From: a virus
Strand: one strand, 5' to 3'
Virus record (IMG/VR): IMGVR_UViG_3300043313_000942
Location: 1-36,304 of that record
Length of the DNA stretch: 36,304 bases
In this document: positions 12,916-22,650 of the stretch, piece by piece
Layout of the letters: every line of letters starts with the position of its first letter
Numbering within the stretch: position 1 is the first letter of the stretch
The notes under the pieces: model-generated
What the model was told of the DNA's origin: nothing
The model's database searches: none
What the model saw: only the letters and a program-made list of their open reading frames with translations
Program-made: the position numbers and the translations under genes

Positions 12916-14316
12916 CTAATTGCTCCCCTTGAGGGCGCCCAAGCGGATGGCTTCGGCTCGGGTGACGCTGATGACGGTTCCCGTCTGGCTATCGCGAATC
13001 TTGACCATGCCGCCCTTTGCGGGCGCCGCGGGCGCGGCCGGCGTTGACGCGGCCGGCACAGGGGCTTCGCCGGTGGGTGCAGTCGGCGGCGCGAAGTCGC
13101 GCCCCGTGGCCCGCAGTAGGTTGCGCTGCTTACGGGTGGCCGCGGCCTTGTCCTCGCCGGCCACGGGGATGGAGCTTTCCATGACCGTGGCCAGGGCTTC
13201 CTTGTCCGTTACGGCGCGAGTGCTGTTGAACTGAGCCTGCGCGATCCGGGGAGTGACGCGCAGGACGGCCTCTGCCGATGCACGGTCTTCCTCACTGAGC
13301 CCACTGAAGAAGTCCGGCAACTTGCCGCCCTGAAGCAGGCCGGCCGCCTCCTGCAAGATCGTCGGGTGCTCCATGACTGCGCGTCTTGCCGCATCCAGGG
13401 CCGCCCTGCTCGGCGGGTGGGCGCGTAGCAGATCAACATCTGACTGGAGGTTCTCCTGGCCCTGCGGCTGGCCCTTCGCCGTCTTCCCTTCCTGAACCGA
13501 CACCTTGGGCGTCAGTTCTCGGGTGGTCGTAAAGTGCGCGTCGAAGTGGGAGAGGGCCTGGGCCTTCTTTGCCTCGGCCTCGGCCAGCATCTTTTGCACG
13601 AGGACGTTGTTCTGAAGCTTATCGACGGGGATACCGGCGCGGGTGCCGATTTCGACAATCTTGGCGGCCAACGCTTCCCGGGCTCGCTGTTCCTTGACGG
13701 CGGCCATGGCGTTCTGTTTCTCCCACTGGGAGTACAGGTCCATGACGTTGGCGCCCGAGCGCTTGGCCTTTTCGATCTGATCGTCGCGGTTCGCCTTCTG
13801 CGTGGCGAAGTCGTTTTTGATCTCGTTGTCGACCTGGCGGGCGATGGCGTCCATGCCGACCTGGGAGCCCGACAGCGCCGTGAACATCAACCCGATCTGC
13901 CGGATGAGCGACTTGCCCGTGACGTCGCTGGACAGCAGCGTGTGGAACGGCTCCTTGCTGACTGCCGCCTCGGCCTGCGAGTGGGCGGCCCTGGCCTCCT
14001 CAAGCCGGTCAAGCATGTCCTGATGCTCTGCCGCTGCGTCGGAGGCCTGCTGGCGTAGAAGGTCCGACTGCTCGGCCTGGGCGTCGGCCAGTTGCGTGGA
14101 ACGAAGCTCCTGCGCGTCGCCGATGGCGTTCTGGCTGGTTGCCGCCCCCGTCCCGGCAGCCAGCGCGGCCTGGATCGCATCCATCTCGCCCGGAGCCGCC
14201 CGGGTACTGGTCGCCTGGGACGTATCACCGCCCGTCGTCGTGGTCGTGACCGGCCCCACTGGGACCGGAACGCTCGCGGCCGGCTCGGCGTAGTCCTGTG
14301 TCTCTTCGTCGGCCAT
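12916..14316 (-). CDS. Internal virion/ejection-type protein candidate, coiled-coil rich (466 aa)
   Basis: Long Ala/Gln/Glu helical segments; position. Confidence 0.45.
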   Translation of the reverse strand: MADEETQDYAEPAASVPVPVGPVTTTTTGGDTSQATSTRAAPGEMDAIQAALAAGTGAATSQNAIGDAQELRSTQLADAQAEQSDLLRQQASDAAAEHQDMLDRLEEARAAHSQAEAAVSKEPFHTLLSSDVTGKSLIRQIGLMFTALSGSQVGMDAIARQVDNEIKNDFATQKANRDDQIEKAKRSGANVMDLYSQWEKQNAMAAVKEQRAREALAAKIVEIGTRAGIPVDKLQNNVLVQKMLAEAEAKKAQALSHFDAHFTTTRELTPKVSVQEGKTAKGQPQGQENLQSDVDLLRAHPPSRAALDAARRAVMEHPTILQEAAGLLQGGKLPDFFSGLSEEDRASAEAVLRVTPRIAQAQFNSTRAVTDKEALATVMESSIPVAGEDKAAATRKQRNLLRATGRDFAPPTAPTGEAPVPAASTPAAPAAPAKGGMVKIRDSQTGTVISVTRAEAIRLGALKGSN

Positions 14317-14319
14317 GGG

Positions 14320-15162
14320 TTACGCCATGAAGGCGGCTTGGCCGATGTTCGACCATATTTTTTGGTTCTGCTGCGTGTTGGCCAGCTTGGCTTCCTGCTC
14401 CTGCTTCTCGCGGTCGGATGCTTCCTTGGCTGCCGTGACGGCGAAGTTCGCAGCAGTGTTGGCAAACGTCCCCATGCCGGTGTTTTCGGCGGTGAGCTGG
14501 GAGTTGTAGAGCCCACCGAGGTTGTTTTGAGCCGCTGCGATCTCCTGCGCTCTCAGGAGTGCCGCCGATTGATTCTCGACCGCTTGGGCGTTGGCCGTGT
14601 TCCCCATCGCGGCGAGCTTGGCGTTGACGGCGTTCACGCCGTTGGACCCGGATGCCCCGGCGAGCTGTTGACGGGCAATGGCGTCCTGCCCCTGTCCGAG
14701 TTGGGCCAGGGCGACCGACGGGTTGGTGCCGTTGATCGTTCCCTCGAGGGATGTGCCGAGGCGATTCTGGGCATCGAACGTCTGGTTCTGCCGGTTGTGG
14801 AGCTCGGCCAGCGTGTTCAGGAGGTTGTTCTGCGTCCCGAAGTAGGCCCCGGTCTGCTGGGCGCTGTTGACGTTGCCGACCGGCACTTGGCCGTTTCTAT
14901 CGGCGTAGGTCTGACCGTTGGCGGGGTCCACGAACTTCCCGTCAGACGTGGGAACCAGGAACGGGATGTCCTGGGCCGGGGCCGGACCCTGGGTTCCGCC
15001 GGGGCCGCTAGTGTGCAGGCCGAGATAGTCCGGGATGGCAGCCAGGCCCCTGTATATGGTCTTCCCCATCGCGAGCGGGTTGGCTGGGCCGCTGCTCGTC
15101 GGATTGAGCAGCGAATTTGCGCCGGTGCCGGCGTAGGTCTTGATTGTGTCCCAAGTTCCCAT
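14320..15162 (-). CDS. Internal virion/ejection-type protein candidate, Gln/Asn/Ala-rich (280 aa)
   Basis: Position directly after the large tail protein; low-complexity Q/N/A composition. Confidence 0.45.
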   Translation of the reverse strand: MGTWDTIKTYAGTGANSLLNPTSSGPANPLAMGKTIYRGLAAIPDYLGLHTSGPGGTQGPAPAQDIPFLVPTSDGKFVDPANGQTYADRNGQVPVGNVNSAQQTGAYFGTQNNLLNTLAELHNRQNQTFDAQNRLGTSLEGTINGTNPSVALAQLGQGQDAIARQQLAGASGSNGVNAVNAKLAAMGNTANAQAVENQSAALLRAQEIAAAQNNLGGLYNSQLTAENTGMGTFANTAANFAVTAAKEASDREKQEQEAKLANTQQNQKIWSNIGQAAFMA

Positions 15163-15165
15163 CTG

Positions 15166-18100
15166 TCACCCCGGGTACGGTCGTTGACCGATTGCGATCT
15201 TGCGGGTGCCGGGAACAATCCCGCATGCCGCGCCGATGTTCTCGAGCGTGAAACCCAGCGTCGCGCCATTCGGAAAGCTGTCGACGATCTTCACCCCAAC
15301 GGCCTGGCACTCGGGATTACGCGGCTGGATGTCCCAGCGATATGCCTGCCCCCCGGCGAAGTCGATTGCGAGCGCGTTGCTGTCGAATACCGTGACGTCA
15401 GTCCCCGTCGTCTCGTCGTCGTAGAGCAACGTGATGGTCAGCGTATGCCGGCCCTCGCGGGTCCCGAGGAATTGGAGGTCCCATACCATTTGAAGGCCGG
15501 GTACAGACCCGAACGCCATGGGAGCAAGCTGGACGGTCGTGATGATTGCCGTCGAGTCGTCCGTCGACTGGCCGGGAATCGTCACCCACGTCCTGGCCGA
15601 GTCCATATAGGCGGCCTTGCCCGCCTTGGTCGCCATCATCACGGAGTTGGTCGGGCACTGGAACCGGTACCAGGTGTCGACGATGCCGTCGTATACGAGG
15701 TCCAGTCCCCCAGACATCAGGAAGTGGGCGCGCTGTTGATCGTCGATGACGCCAGCGAACGGGGCGCCGAGCGTAGACGTGTCATCCTCGACCGGGCCGC
15801 CGATGTAGTGGTTCTGCAGGTCGCGGGTGGTGATCCAAAAGCCACCCTGGTCCGACGAGTACACAACCCCGTCCTGCGTGGTCAGCGCGGCCCCCGTGCA
15901 GCCATTCGTGAACGGAAGTTCGATCGGGGTCGGTAGCTGGCCGTTCCCCGCGGCGTCCGGCCAGACGTTGTCGATGTACCACTGTGAGCGCTTGCAGTAG
16001 ACGATCACCCGCTGGTCCATCGTGCAGACCCGCTGAATTGGATCGTCCGTCGGCATCGGCATCCGCCTCGTCGCCGCGAACGACAACGCCTCGCCCTCTA
16101 CCTTCTCGTACGACGCCCACAGGGCATTGTCGTAGCCGGCAAGGACGACGATGTTCCCGATGACCGTCCCGCAATTGAACGGCGGCGGGGGATACCGATA
16201 TGAGAACGGCGGAATGATGCCGTCCGTGTAGAGCTGCTCTCCCACTGCAGCCGCGGCATCGCTGACCAGGTCCGTGATGGTCATCGTGTCGACGGCGATG
16301 GAGTTCGGGAACGACGGCGTAAGGTCGTTGCTCACCTTGTAGTGGTTCGTCGACATCACGCCATCGATGATGGCGGTGCGGTACAGGGACAGGATTGCGC
16401 TCGGGGCCCGCATCCCGGCCCGCAGCGTCTTGAAAATGAGCTGGACGGTATCGTCGCTCGCCCCAAGCGTGATGCTCGTGGGCGTACACGGAGCGCTGCG
16501 GATGCGCAGCCCACTCGGCGTCGTCGACTCCCAGACGCCGACGTATTGATACGTGGCAAGCGGAGTGAGATCGCCGGCCCCGTTGCTGCTCGAAAGCGTC
16601 GGGGCTTCGGGGGCGAGGAGGAAATTCACCTCTGCCAGTTCGGTTCCGCCGAAGGTAATCGGCAGCGGCCCAGGAAGAAGGGTTTCCCCGGCGTATGAAA
16701 TAGCAGTGCCAGCCGTCGAGAATTTCTCGTCAACGATTCCGATGGCACCCGTAAAGACGTATACCGGCCGATCTACAACCCCGACAGCCCCGGTACCCGT
16801 GCTCGGGCCGGATGCAGTCGATCCAGTCTGCAGCACCGTGAACGACGTTGAGCGGAAGCCGAGGGCCACATGGAAGTCGCCGGTTGACTCGGCCGCAGCC
16901 GAGGCGAGGTTGAACCACTGCGGAAGCGGATGCGCCTGGGTTCCGTCCCATCCCGTCCACGGCCAGTCACAAGCGGCCTGGCCGTACTCGAACCGACCGA
17001 CGATTTGCGGGTAGTACTGCGAAGCCACTTGGCGCGTGAAGTCCCACAGAAAGAACGTCGTCTGCGAAAACTGATTTGTCGCCGTTGATTGGACCGATGG
17101 GTAATAGAGGACAACGACAGGCCGACCGCCGAAGGAAATACTGGGGGCGGGCGGGGGAATCGCCGCGACGAACAGCCTTGAGGCCAGGCCCATCGACCGC
17201 TGAGTCGCGACGAGCGTCCCGAATACGACGTCCGCATAGTTGGACCGGTATGCGTAGGTGACGACCTTGTCCGGCGCATCGGCGGGACCGGCGACGTTGG
17301 TAGTCGCGAGTTGCGACACCACGACGTAGATGTCGTGTGAGCCGCCCGGGATAACATAGCCGGTCATGTTGCACCAGCCGTTGGCAGTGGCGTCGGCGGC
17401 CGACAGCCACACGTTGTACGTCTTGTCGATGGTCCCGGCCGAATTGATGCGCGCGACCTGGCCAACGGTCACGCCGCTAAAGCTGGTAACGGCCAGGTAC
17501 ACGAACCCGTCACCGGCAGGACGGAGAAACCCGATCCCGCCCGGAGGACCGAGGGACGCCACGTCATGGCCTACGGTCGTGACAGTCGATCCGGCAATCG
17601 TCAGCGTCGAGAACCTAACCCCACCGACAGAGGTTTTCGGCCGCGCCAGGCACAGGCCCACGGTGGCGTCGTAGACGACGTCCCAGAAGTCGCCTGCCGA
17701 CGTCAAGGTGTCGACGATGGCCCCGCCGACGATGACACCGTTGGTGTCGTAGACGTTCACGCCGATGCTCGCCGCCGTCCCGTTGGCGTTGTCGAAGAAG
17801 TGCCAGAAGTATGTTCCATTTGAGACGACCTTGGCCCTTGGGTTCGTCCCAAAGCCTGACGTGCCGAACGGCCCCGCGAGGATTGCCCCGCTCGCTAGGT
17901 CCTTGAACATGATCTGCGAGATGTTCGTCGCCCCCGACGGGTGTACGACCGAGTACGCCGCAACCTGGCCGATGATTGCCGTGTCCGGGAGGCTCGATTG
18001 CGTCTGCGTCGAGTAAACCGGCGTCCGCCGCATGGTGTTCGTGAGCACCGTGTTGGGCCAGGACTCAGAGCCTGCCGAACCGAGGACGTACGGGATCGAA

Positions 18101-18378
18101 TCCGTCCCCACCTCGAGCACCGACTCCCCGACGTCGTGAGCAAGCACCGGATTCGGGATGCCTCCCGAGGACAAAACCCCGCCCGTCTGAACATTGCGCA
18201 CGGTCAGCGACTGCGAGGACATGCCGTCGCGCTTCTGCACGCGCAACTGCCCCTGCTGGGTCTTCTTTACCTGGCCGTTGGTCACCACCTCGAGACGTCC
18301 CAGCGGCCCCGAGGACTTCGGCGCCTTCTGGTTCATCCCGAGCAGGGGAACGGAGATCGCGAGCTCGTCCAGCGCCAT
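15166..18378 (-). CDS. Large tail (nozzle/tubular-B-like) structural protein (1070 aa)
   Basis: ATG at 18378 gives an ATGA overlap with the upstream gene. The 161 codons further upstream in ORF 15166..18861 overlap that gene and are His/Arg-rich junk. Size and position resemble podovirus tail hub proteins. Confidence 0.55.
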   Translation of the reverse strand: MALDELAISVPLLGMNQKAPKSSGPLGRLEVVTNGQVKKTQQGQLRVQKRDGMSSQSLTVRNVQTGGVLSSGGIPNPVLAHDVGESVLEVGTDSIPYVLGSAGSESWPNTVLTNTMRRTPVYSTQTQSSLPDTAIIGQVAAYSVVHPSGATNISQIMFKDLASGAILAGPFGTSGFGTNPRAKVVSNGTYFWHFFDNANGTAASIGVNVYDTNGVIVGGAIVDTLTSAGDFWDVVYDATVGLCLARPKTSVGGVRFSTLTIAGSTVTTVGHDVASLGPPGGIGFLRPAGDGFVYLAVTSFSGVTVGQVARINSAGTIDKTYNVWLSAADATANGWCNMTGYVIPGGSHDIYVVVSQLATTNVAGPADAPDKVVTYAYRSNYADVVFGTLVATQRSMGLASRLFVAAIPPPAPSISFGGRPVVVLYYPSVQSTATNQFSQTTFFLWDFTRQVASQYYPQIVGRFEYGQAACDWPWTGWDGTQAHPLPQWFNLASAAAESTGDFHVALGFRSTSFTVLQTGSTASGPSTGTGAVGVVDRPVYVFTGAIGIVDEKFSTAGTAISYAGETLLPGPLPITFGGTELAEVNFLLAPEAPTLSSSNGAGDLTPLATYQYVGVWESTTPSGLRIRSAPCTPTSITLGASDDTVQLIFKTLRAGMRAPSAILSLYRTAIIDGVMSTNHYKVSNDLTPSFPNSIAVDTMTITDLVSDAAAAVGEQLYTDGIIPPFSYRYPPPPFNCGTVIGNIVVLAGYDNALWASYEKVEGEALSFAATRRMPMPTDDPIQRVCTMDQRVIVYCKRSQWYIDNVWPDAAGNGQLPTPIELPFTNGCTGAALTTQDGVVYSSDQGGFWITTRDLQNHYIGGPVEDDTSTLGAPFAGVIDDQQRAHFLMSGGLDLVYDGIVDTWYRFQCPTNSVMMATKAGKAAYMDSARTWVTIPGQSTDDSTAIITTVQLAPMAFGSVPGLQMVWDLQFLGTREGRHTLTITLLYDDETTGTDVTVFDSNALAIDFAGGQAYRWDIQPRNPECQAVGVKIVDSFPNGATLGFTLENIGAACGIVPGTRKIAIGQRPYPG

Positions 18379-19340
18379 CAGTCCCACGGCGTTCCGGGGA
18401 AGAGCCCCCTGTACGGGTACTGCGACGGTCCCCAGAGAACAGGCGCCGCCTCGGGCTCCCCGCTGCGCTGGGGCGCCATGTTCTGCACCCGCTGGGCGAT
18501 GCCATTCAAGACGGCAATCAGCGTGTCTGTGCTCTGCTTCTTCTTCTCGACGATGCGAACCGCCGTGAAGACCGAGATGTAGTCGTCGAAGTTGTCCGCC
18601 GTTATGTCCAGCGACGTCATCGACGCGGCCTGGTACGGGCTCACCGTCGGATAGGTCGGCGCGATGGCCTGCAGGGCAATCGAGGCAGATGCGGCACCCG
18701 TGAACGACTCGTTGACCAGGCCAGTCGTGGCGGTCGTGACCGTGGTCGGGCTGACGGCCGTGATGACGAACGCGGCGTTGTTGCCGGCGTTGGCTGCCCC
18801 CGAGACGATGAGGGACGCTCCGATCATAGAGGCCGTGAAATGCCCATTGACGAACGTCCACACGCCCGTGGACGCAACCACCGCATCAGCCGTAGGGGCG
18901 GTGACGATGTCGATGGCCGGGCCGAACTGGGCCGGCTTGGGAACGTAGGTCATGCGGTAGGGGGCCGCGGCGAGTTGTTCCGGGCCGAGCATGATGGTTG
19001 ACGTCCCGAACACGTAGCCGAGCTCGTTGAGCGAGTGATTAGTGAACGGGCGGGCGTAGACCGGGCGGGCCTGGAGTGTGTCCGGGTTCTGAAGCAGGCC
19101 GCGAATCTGGTAGAAGTCCGGGGGCAACGGCATTGTCGCTGCCGACTCGGTCCCGGTTCCGAACGTGATGTCCTGCGTGGCGTTGTAGTAGGACTTGTCA
19201 GCCGCGATGATCAGGTCATACAGCTCCCGGTAGCCCCGGTTGACGTAGTTCCCAATCTCGTCGTCGGTGACGAACTTCGACCGCTGCGTGTTCGAGGCGG
19301 TCCGCGCATCTGAGATGAGCTGTGCGAGCGTCTTACCCAT
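18378..19340 (-). CDS. Head-tail adaptor/tail tubular-A-like protein (320 aa)
   Basis: Position between the capsid genes and the large tail protein. The N-terminal TDDEIGNYVNRGYRELYDL helix is typical of connector/adaptor families. Assignment is positional. Confidence 0.45.
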   Translation of the reverse strand: MGKTLAQLISDARTASNTQRSKFVTDDEIGNYVNRGYRELYDLIIAADKSYYNATQDITFGTGTESAATMPLPPDFYQIRGLLQNPDTLQARPVYARPFTNHSLNELGYVFGTSTIMLGPEQLAAAPYRMTYVPKPAQFGPAIDIVTAPTADAVVASTGVWTFVNGHFTASMIGASLIVSGAANAGNNAAFVITAVSPTTVTTATTGLVNESFTGAASASIALQAIAPTYPTVSPYQAASMTSLDITADNFDDYISVFTAVRIVEKKKQSTDTLIAVLNGIAQRVQNMAPQRSGEPEAAPVLWGPSQYPYRGLFPGTPWD

Positions 19341-19358
19341 GATGCGCGGACCTCTCCA

Positions 19359-19574
19359 CTACTTGGCGCCGTAGTCCGAGAACGCCTCCTTCAAGGCCGT
19401 GCCCATCGCCGCCCAGTCACCGTCCTGCGCTGCGCTGACGGCGCGATCGATGCAGTCGTTGACGGTCTCGCCGCCTTCATCCGCTGGCTCATCGCCCTCG
19501 GCCCCAGACTTCAGGGCCTTGTAGCGATCGTCCCCTGCAGCGTCGTCAGCGACAGATGGAAGGTTGTCCATCAC
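19359..19574 (-). CDS. Small acidic hypothetical protein (71 aa)
   Basis: Overlapping start/stop with the upstream gene; strongly acidic. Confidence 0.55.
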   Translation of the reverse strand: MMDNLPSVADDAAGDDRYKALKSGAEGDEPADEGGETVNDCIDRAVSAAQDGDWAAMGTALKEAFSDYGAK

Positions 19575-20239
19575 GGCGCATTCGTCTTGAGGGAGATGGC
19601 GAAGTCCACCTCATTGCCAGACAGCACGTCCGCGGCAGCCCCGGTGTCGGAGCGGCCGAAAGAGATCGTGATGTAGTAGCCAGAGATGGCTTGCGTGACA
19701 CCAGCGCCGAACGTCTCGTCAGAGCCGCCCGGAACTTCCAACACCACAACCACCGTCGAACTTGTGACGGTGACGATGGTGTAGATGCCGTCATTCAGAC
19801 CTGACGTGGTCCCCGCCACCGTCAGCTTGGCGCCCACGTCCTTGAACGTGAACGCGCCGAGACTGAAGGTGAACGTCTTGGTTGCGACGACGAGCGAATC
19901 GGTGCCGTGGGTGATGGCGCGGGTGTTGAACCCGCCCGTTTCGTCGGACTGGATGTGCCCGACCGTTCCATCGGTGGTCGTCACATCCCCGATCACCCGA
20001 GGCACAGGCCCCGGGAGAAGCGGCGAACGGCTCGACGGGTCCACGTAGAACTTCGCCATCAGGTAGACGGCGTAGAACCCCGCTTTCAGTCGAGTGACGG
20101 CCGTGATGTGCTGGGACTGTCTCGAGGTCGAGGTGATCGCGCCCGAGGCTCCCACCAGGAACCGAGTCCCGATGTCGAACTGGCCCGGCTCCTCACAGAG
20201 CCGGTGATACCAGGTCAGGAATGCGTCGAAGATTCCCAT
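19571..20239 (-). CDS. Head-associated protein (decoration or head-completion candidate, 222 aa)
   Basis: Immediately downstream of the capsid gene; Thr/Gly/Val-rich beta composition. Confidence 0.5.
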   Translation of the reverse strand: MGIFDAFLTWYHRLCEEPGQFDIGTRFLVGASGAITSTSRQSQHITAVTRLKAGFYAVYLMAKFYVDPSSRSPLLPGPVPRVIGDVTTTDGTVGHIQSDETGGFNTRAITHGTDSLVVATKTFTFSLGAFTFKDVGAKLTVAGTTSGLNDGIYTIVTVTSSTVVVVLEVPGGSDETFGAGVTQAISGYYITISFGRSDTGAAADVLSGNEVDFAISLKTNAP

Positions 20240-20243
20240 GGGC

Positions 20244-21491
20244 TTAGCTCAGGACGATGACGCCGTTGGCGCCGGGGAAAGCGCAGGACAGGTTGCACAG
20301 CGACATCTGTCGAATCTGCGCCTGGACCGCGTTGTACGCGTCGATGTAGTCCTTGCCGTTGTTCGTGGCCGACTGCACCAGCTCCATGCCGAGCGGGGTG
20401 CGCAGCTTCCACGTGTCGCGGGAGAGGACGTAGATCAGATTGTCCGGGATGCCATACGACTGCATCGCCTGGGCGGTTCCGCTGGTGACGTCGAACGTGA
20501 CCGCCTTGGCGTTCACCTCGGCATCCGCGACGTTGGTGTACTCCCACATGTTGTTGAGCTCGTTCTTCAGAGCCATCATCGTGTTGGGAGACATCCACAG
20601 CGCGTTCGGGTCCGCGTCCGCCTTCGGCATGATCTTCGCGATCATCTGGTTCACCGCTGCGCGGATTGCGCGGCTGGAACCGGTCGCGAAGCAGCCGCCC
20701 AGGTTCTGCGGGTCCGTCGTGCGCGTCACCCCGCCCAGCGAGCTGAGCGCCGTGCGAACACCGGCCGTGTTGGCCGAGGGGAGCCACGCCTGGAGGCCGA
20801 AGATTTTCAGCGCCGTGGCGTAGCTGCCTGACTTCTTGTCCAGCGTGTTGAACAGGTAGTGGCCGACCGTGCCGGTCCAGCCACCGTTCGCCGTGATTGT
20901 GATCTTCCCGGCGTCGCGGTCCACCGCCGCCACAGTGGCCGAACCGGTGTCGAGCGACGCCGAGTTGTTGGCGGCCGAGGACACCAGCGTGTCGCCGATG
21001 TTGATCGGGATGGCGTTGCTGATTTGGTCGAGCGTCAGGACGGTCGATGCGACAACCGAGATGATCGCCACCGTGCCGAACCCGTCACCGGCGCACGCCT
21101 TCTCGAGGTCGCGAGCGCAGCTCTTGCGAGCGTCGCGCACGGCGTCCACCAGGAGCTCAACGACACTGGTGTCGCTCGACTGCGACAGCAGGATGTCCGT
21201 CATCGGCACCTGGGCGAAGCCGTACGACGCGCACCAGGGCGTGTAGAACGCCTGCCGAGCGGGGCCTGACCCAGCGACGCCAGCCAGACCGGCCGCGTCG
21301 TCGGCGCCGTGCTGAGTGGTGGAGCCGGTCTTGAGGACCTGCTGGACCTGACGTCCGCCTTCGGACTTGCCGGTTTCCTTGGGGACCCAGTTGAGGAAGT
21401 TGTTACGCAGGTACGTGTCGTCGAGGTAATCCTCGGCGAGCAGGTCCCGCATTGCAGTCGCGTCGTTGTCCGTGATGAAGGGCTGAGACAT
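20244..21491 (-). CDS. Major capsid protein (415 aa)
   Basis: Follows the scaffold gene; size and composition typical of HK97-fold coat proteins. No database check was possible. Confidence 0.7.
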   Translation of the reverse strand: MSQPFITDNDATAMRDLLAEDYLDDTYLRNNFLNWVPKETGKSEGGRQVQQVLKTGSTTQHGADDAAGLAGVAGSGPARQAFYTPWCASYGFAQVPMTDILLSQSSDTSVVELLVDAVRDARKSCARDLEKACAGDGFGTVAIISVVASTVLTLDQISNAIPINIGDTLVSSAANNSASLDTGSATVAAVDRDAGKITITANGGWTGTVGHYLFNTLDKKSGSYATALKIFGLQAWLPSANTAGVRTALSSLGGVTRTTDPQNLGGCFATGSSRAIRAAVNQMIAKIMPKADADPNALWMSPNTMMALKNELNNMWEYTNVADAEVNAKAVTFDVTSGTAQAMQSYGIPDNLIYVLSRDTWKLRTPLGMELVQSATNNGKDYIDAYNAVQAQIRQMSLCNLSCAFPGANGVIVLS

Positions 21492-21512
21492 GGGAAGCTC
21501 CGAAGGTCATGG

Positions 21513-22607
21513 CTATGCCCTTGCCCTTTCTGCGGCCTTGGCGGCGCGCAGCTTCTCGAAGACTTGAGCTTTGCGCTCGGTCTTCGATTTGGGAGCTGGG
21601 ATAGCCGGAACGGTCCCACCCCGGCCAATTCCGGGAGTGAGCGTCTGTGGCCTTCGGTCTTTCGGCCCTGCCTCTGCTTCGATCTTGGCCTTCGGCTTTT
21701 CAGCCTCGGCCTTCCGTGAAACTTCCACGGTCTTGCGCAACTTCGCTTCGATTTTGTCGAAGACGATTGCGTAAATCGTCGCAACCTCCTTGTCGGACGG
21801 CTTGCGCCCGAGGTCGCGGATCAACTTGGCGCCGTCTTCCATGGCGCGCGCGGGAACGTCCAGTTCCCCTTCGGCGGTGAACAGCCGGCAAAGCTTGTAC
21901 GGGGAATGGTCGAATTCGACAGCCCCGTCAGCAGCCTTGACGCCGTCTTTCATCAGAGACGCGGTCGCGGCGTACATAGCCTTCCGCTGCTCGGTCTGCT
22001 GCGCGGTGAGCTTCTCGGCATCCGCATCGGCCAGGCGCTTGTCCAGTTCAGCCTGCTTCGCCTTCACCTCGGCCAGTGCTTTGGACGCGGGGTCTTGGTC
22101 GGCCAGGTGCTTCTGACGGGCCTCGGCAATCTTGACCAGCAGCTCGGGGTCATCGATTTCCTTGAACAGCACCGTCGGGTCTTCCTGAATCTGCTTCAGG
22201 AGGTCCGCCTTCGACTCGCCGGGCTTCTTGTCCGCGAACTTCGCCAGCTCCGCCTTGAGCCGACGAACCTCCGCGTTCGACGCGGCCAGGGATTCCAGCT
22301 CGCTCTTCGGATCGGCGGCCGGCTTGGCAGCGGCCGGCGCGGCGGGCCTCGGTGCTTCCGCAACAGCCGGGATGCCGACTTTCGCGTTGTCCTTCTTCAG
22401 CTTCGCGAGAATGTCCGACTTGGCCTTTGCCTTCGCGTCTGACGCTTCGCGCGTTGCGGTCGCTTCCGCGGTGCGTGCGGCTTCCGCCGCCGCCTTATCC
22501 TCGGGAGACGGCGCCGGGCGCGCGGGGCCGCCTACGGGAGGCACCCCCGCCCCGACAGGAGCGGCCGGGGCGGGGGCTGCAGAAGCGGCGGACGCGGCCT
22601 TTGCCAC
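21513..22607 (-). CDS. Scaffolding protein (364 aa)
   Basis: Ala/Lys/Glu-rich, predicted all-helical; lies between portal and capsid. GTG start. Confidence 0.7.
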   Translation of the reverse strand: MAKAASAASAAPAPAAPVGAGVPPVGGPARPAPSPEDKAAAEAARTAEATATREASDAKAKAKSDILAKLKKDNAKVGIPAVAEAPRPAAPAAAKPAADPKSELESLAASNAEVRRLKAELAKFADKKPGESKADLLKQIQEDPTVLFKEIDDPELLVKIAEARQKHLADQDPASKALAEVKAKQAELDKRLADADAEKLTAQQTEQRKAMYAATASLMKDGVKAADGAVEFDHSPYKLCRLFTAEGELDVPARAMEDGAKLIRDLGRKPSDKEVATIYAIVFDKIEAKLRKTVEVSRKAEAEKPKAKIEAEAGPKDRRPQTLTPGIGRGGTVPAIPAPKSKTERKAQVFEKLRAAKAAERARA

Positions 22608-22614
22608 GGCTCGT

Positions 22615-22643
22615 TGCTAATTCCCGGCAAACACGGATGTCAA
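22615..22643 (-). promoter_or_regulatory. Candidate late promoter: TTGACA-N12-GGGAATTAGCA (copy B)
   Basis: Minus strand: TTGACA (22643-22638), then TTAGCA (22620-22615) 17 nt later. The 11-mer is identical to copy A. Lies in the 43-bp portal-scaffold gap, 7 nt before the GTG start. Confidence 0.45.
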
Positions 22644-22650
22644 GCGTCTT

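Noticed and set aside
14092-15936. 614-aa plus-strand ORF antisense to the ejection and tail genes
   Set aside because: Arg/Gly/Leu/Pro-dominated junk composition with no motifs, fully antisense to well-behaved minus-strand genes. Long antisense ORFs are expected in GC-rich sequence.
18379-18861. Upstream 161-codon extension of the 1231-aa ORF
   Set aside because: It would overlap the 320-aa adaptor-like gene by 483 nt and reads as His/Arg-rich junk. The ATG at 18378 gives an ATGA overlap with that gene's stop.
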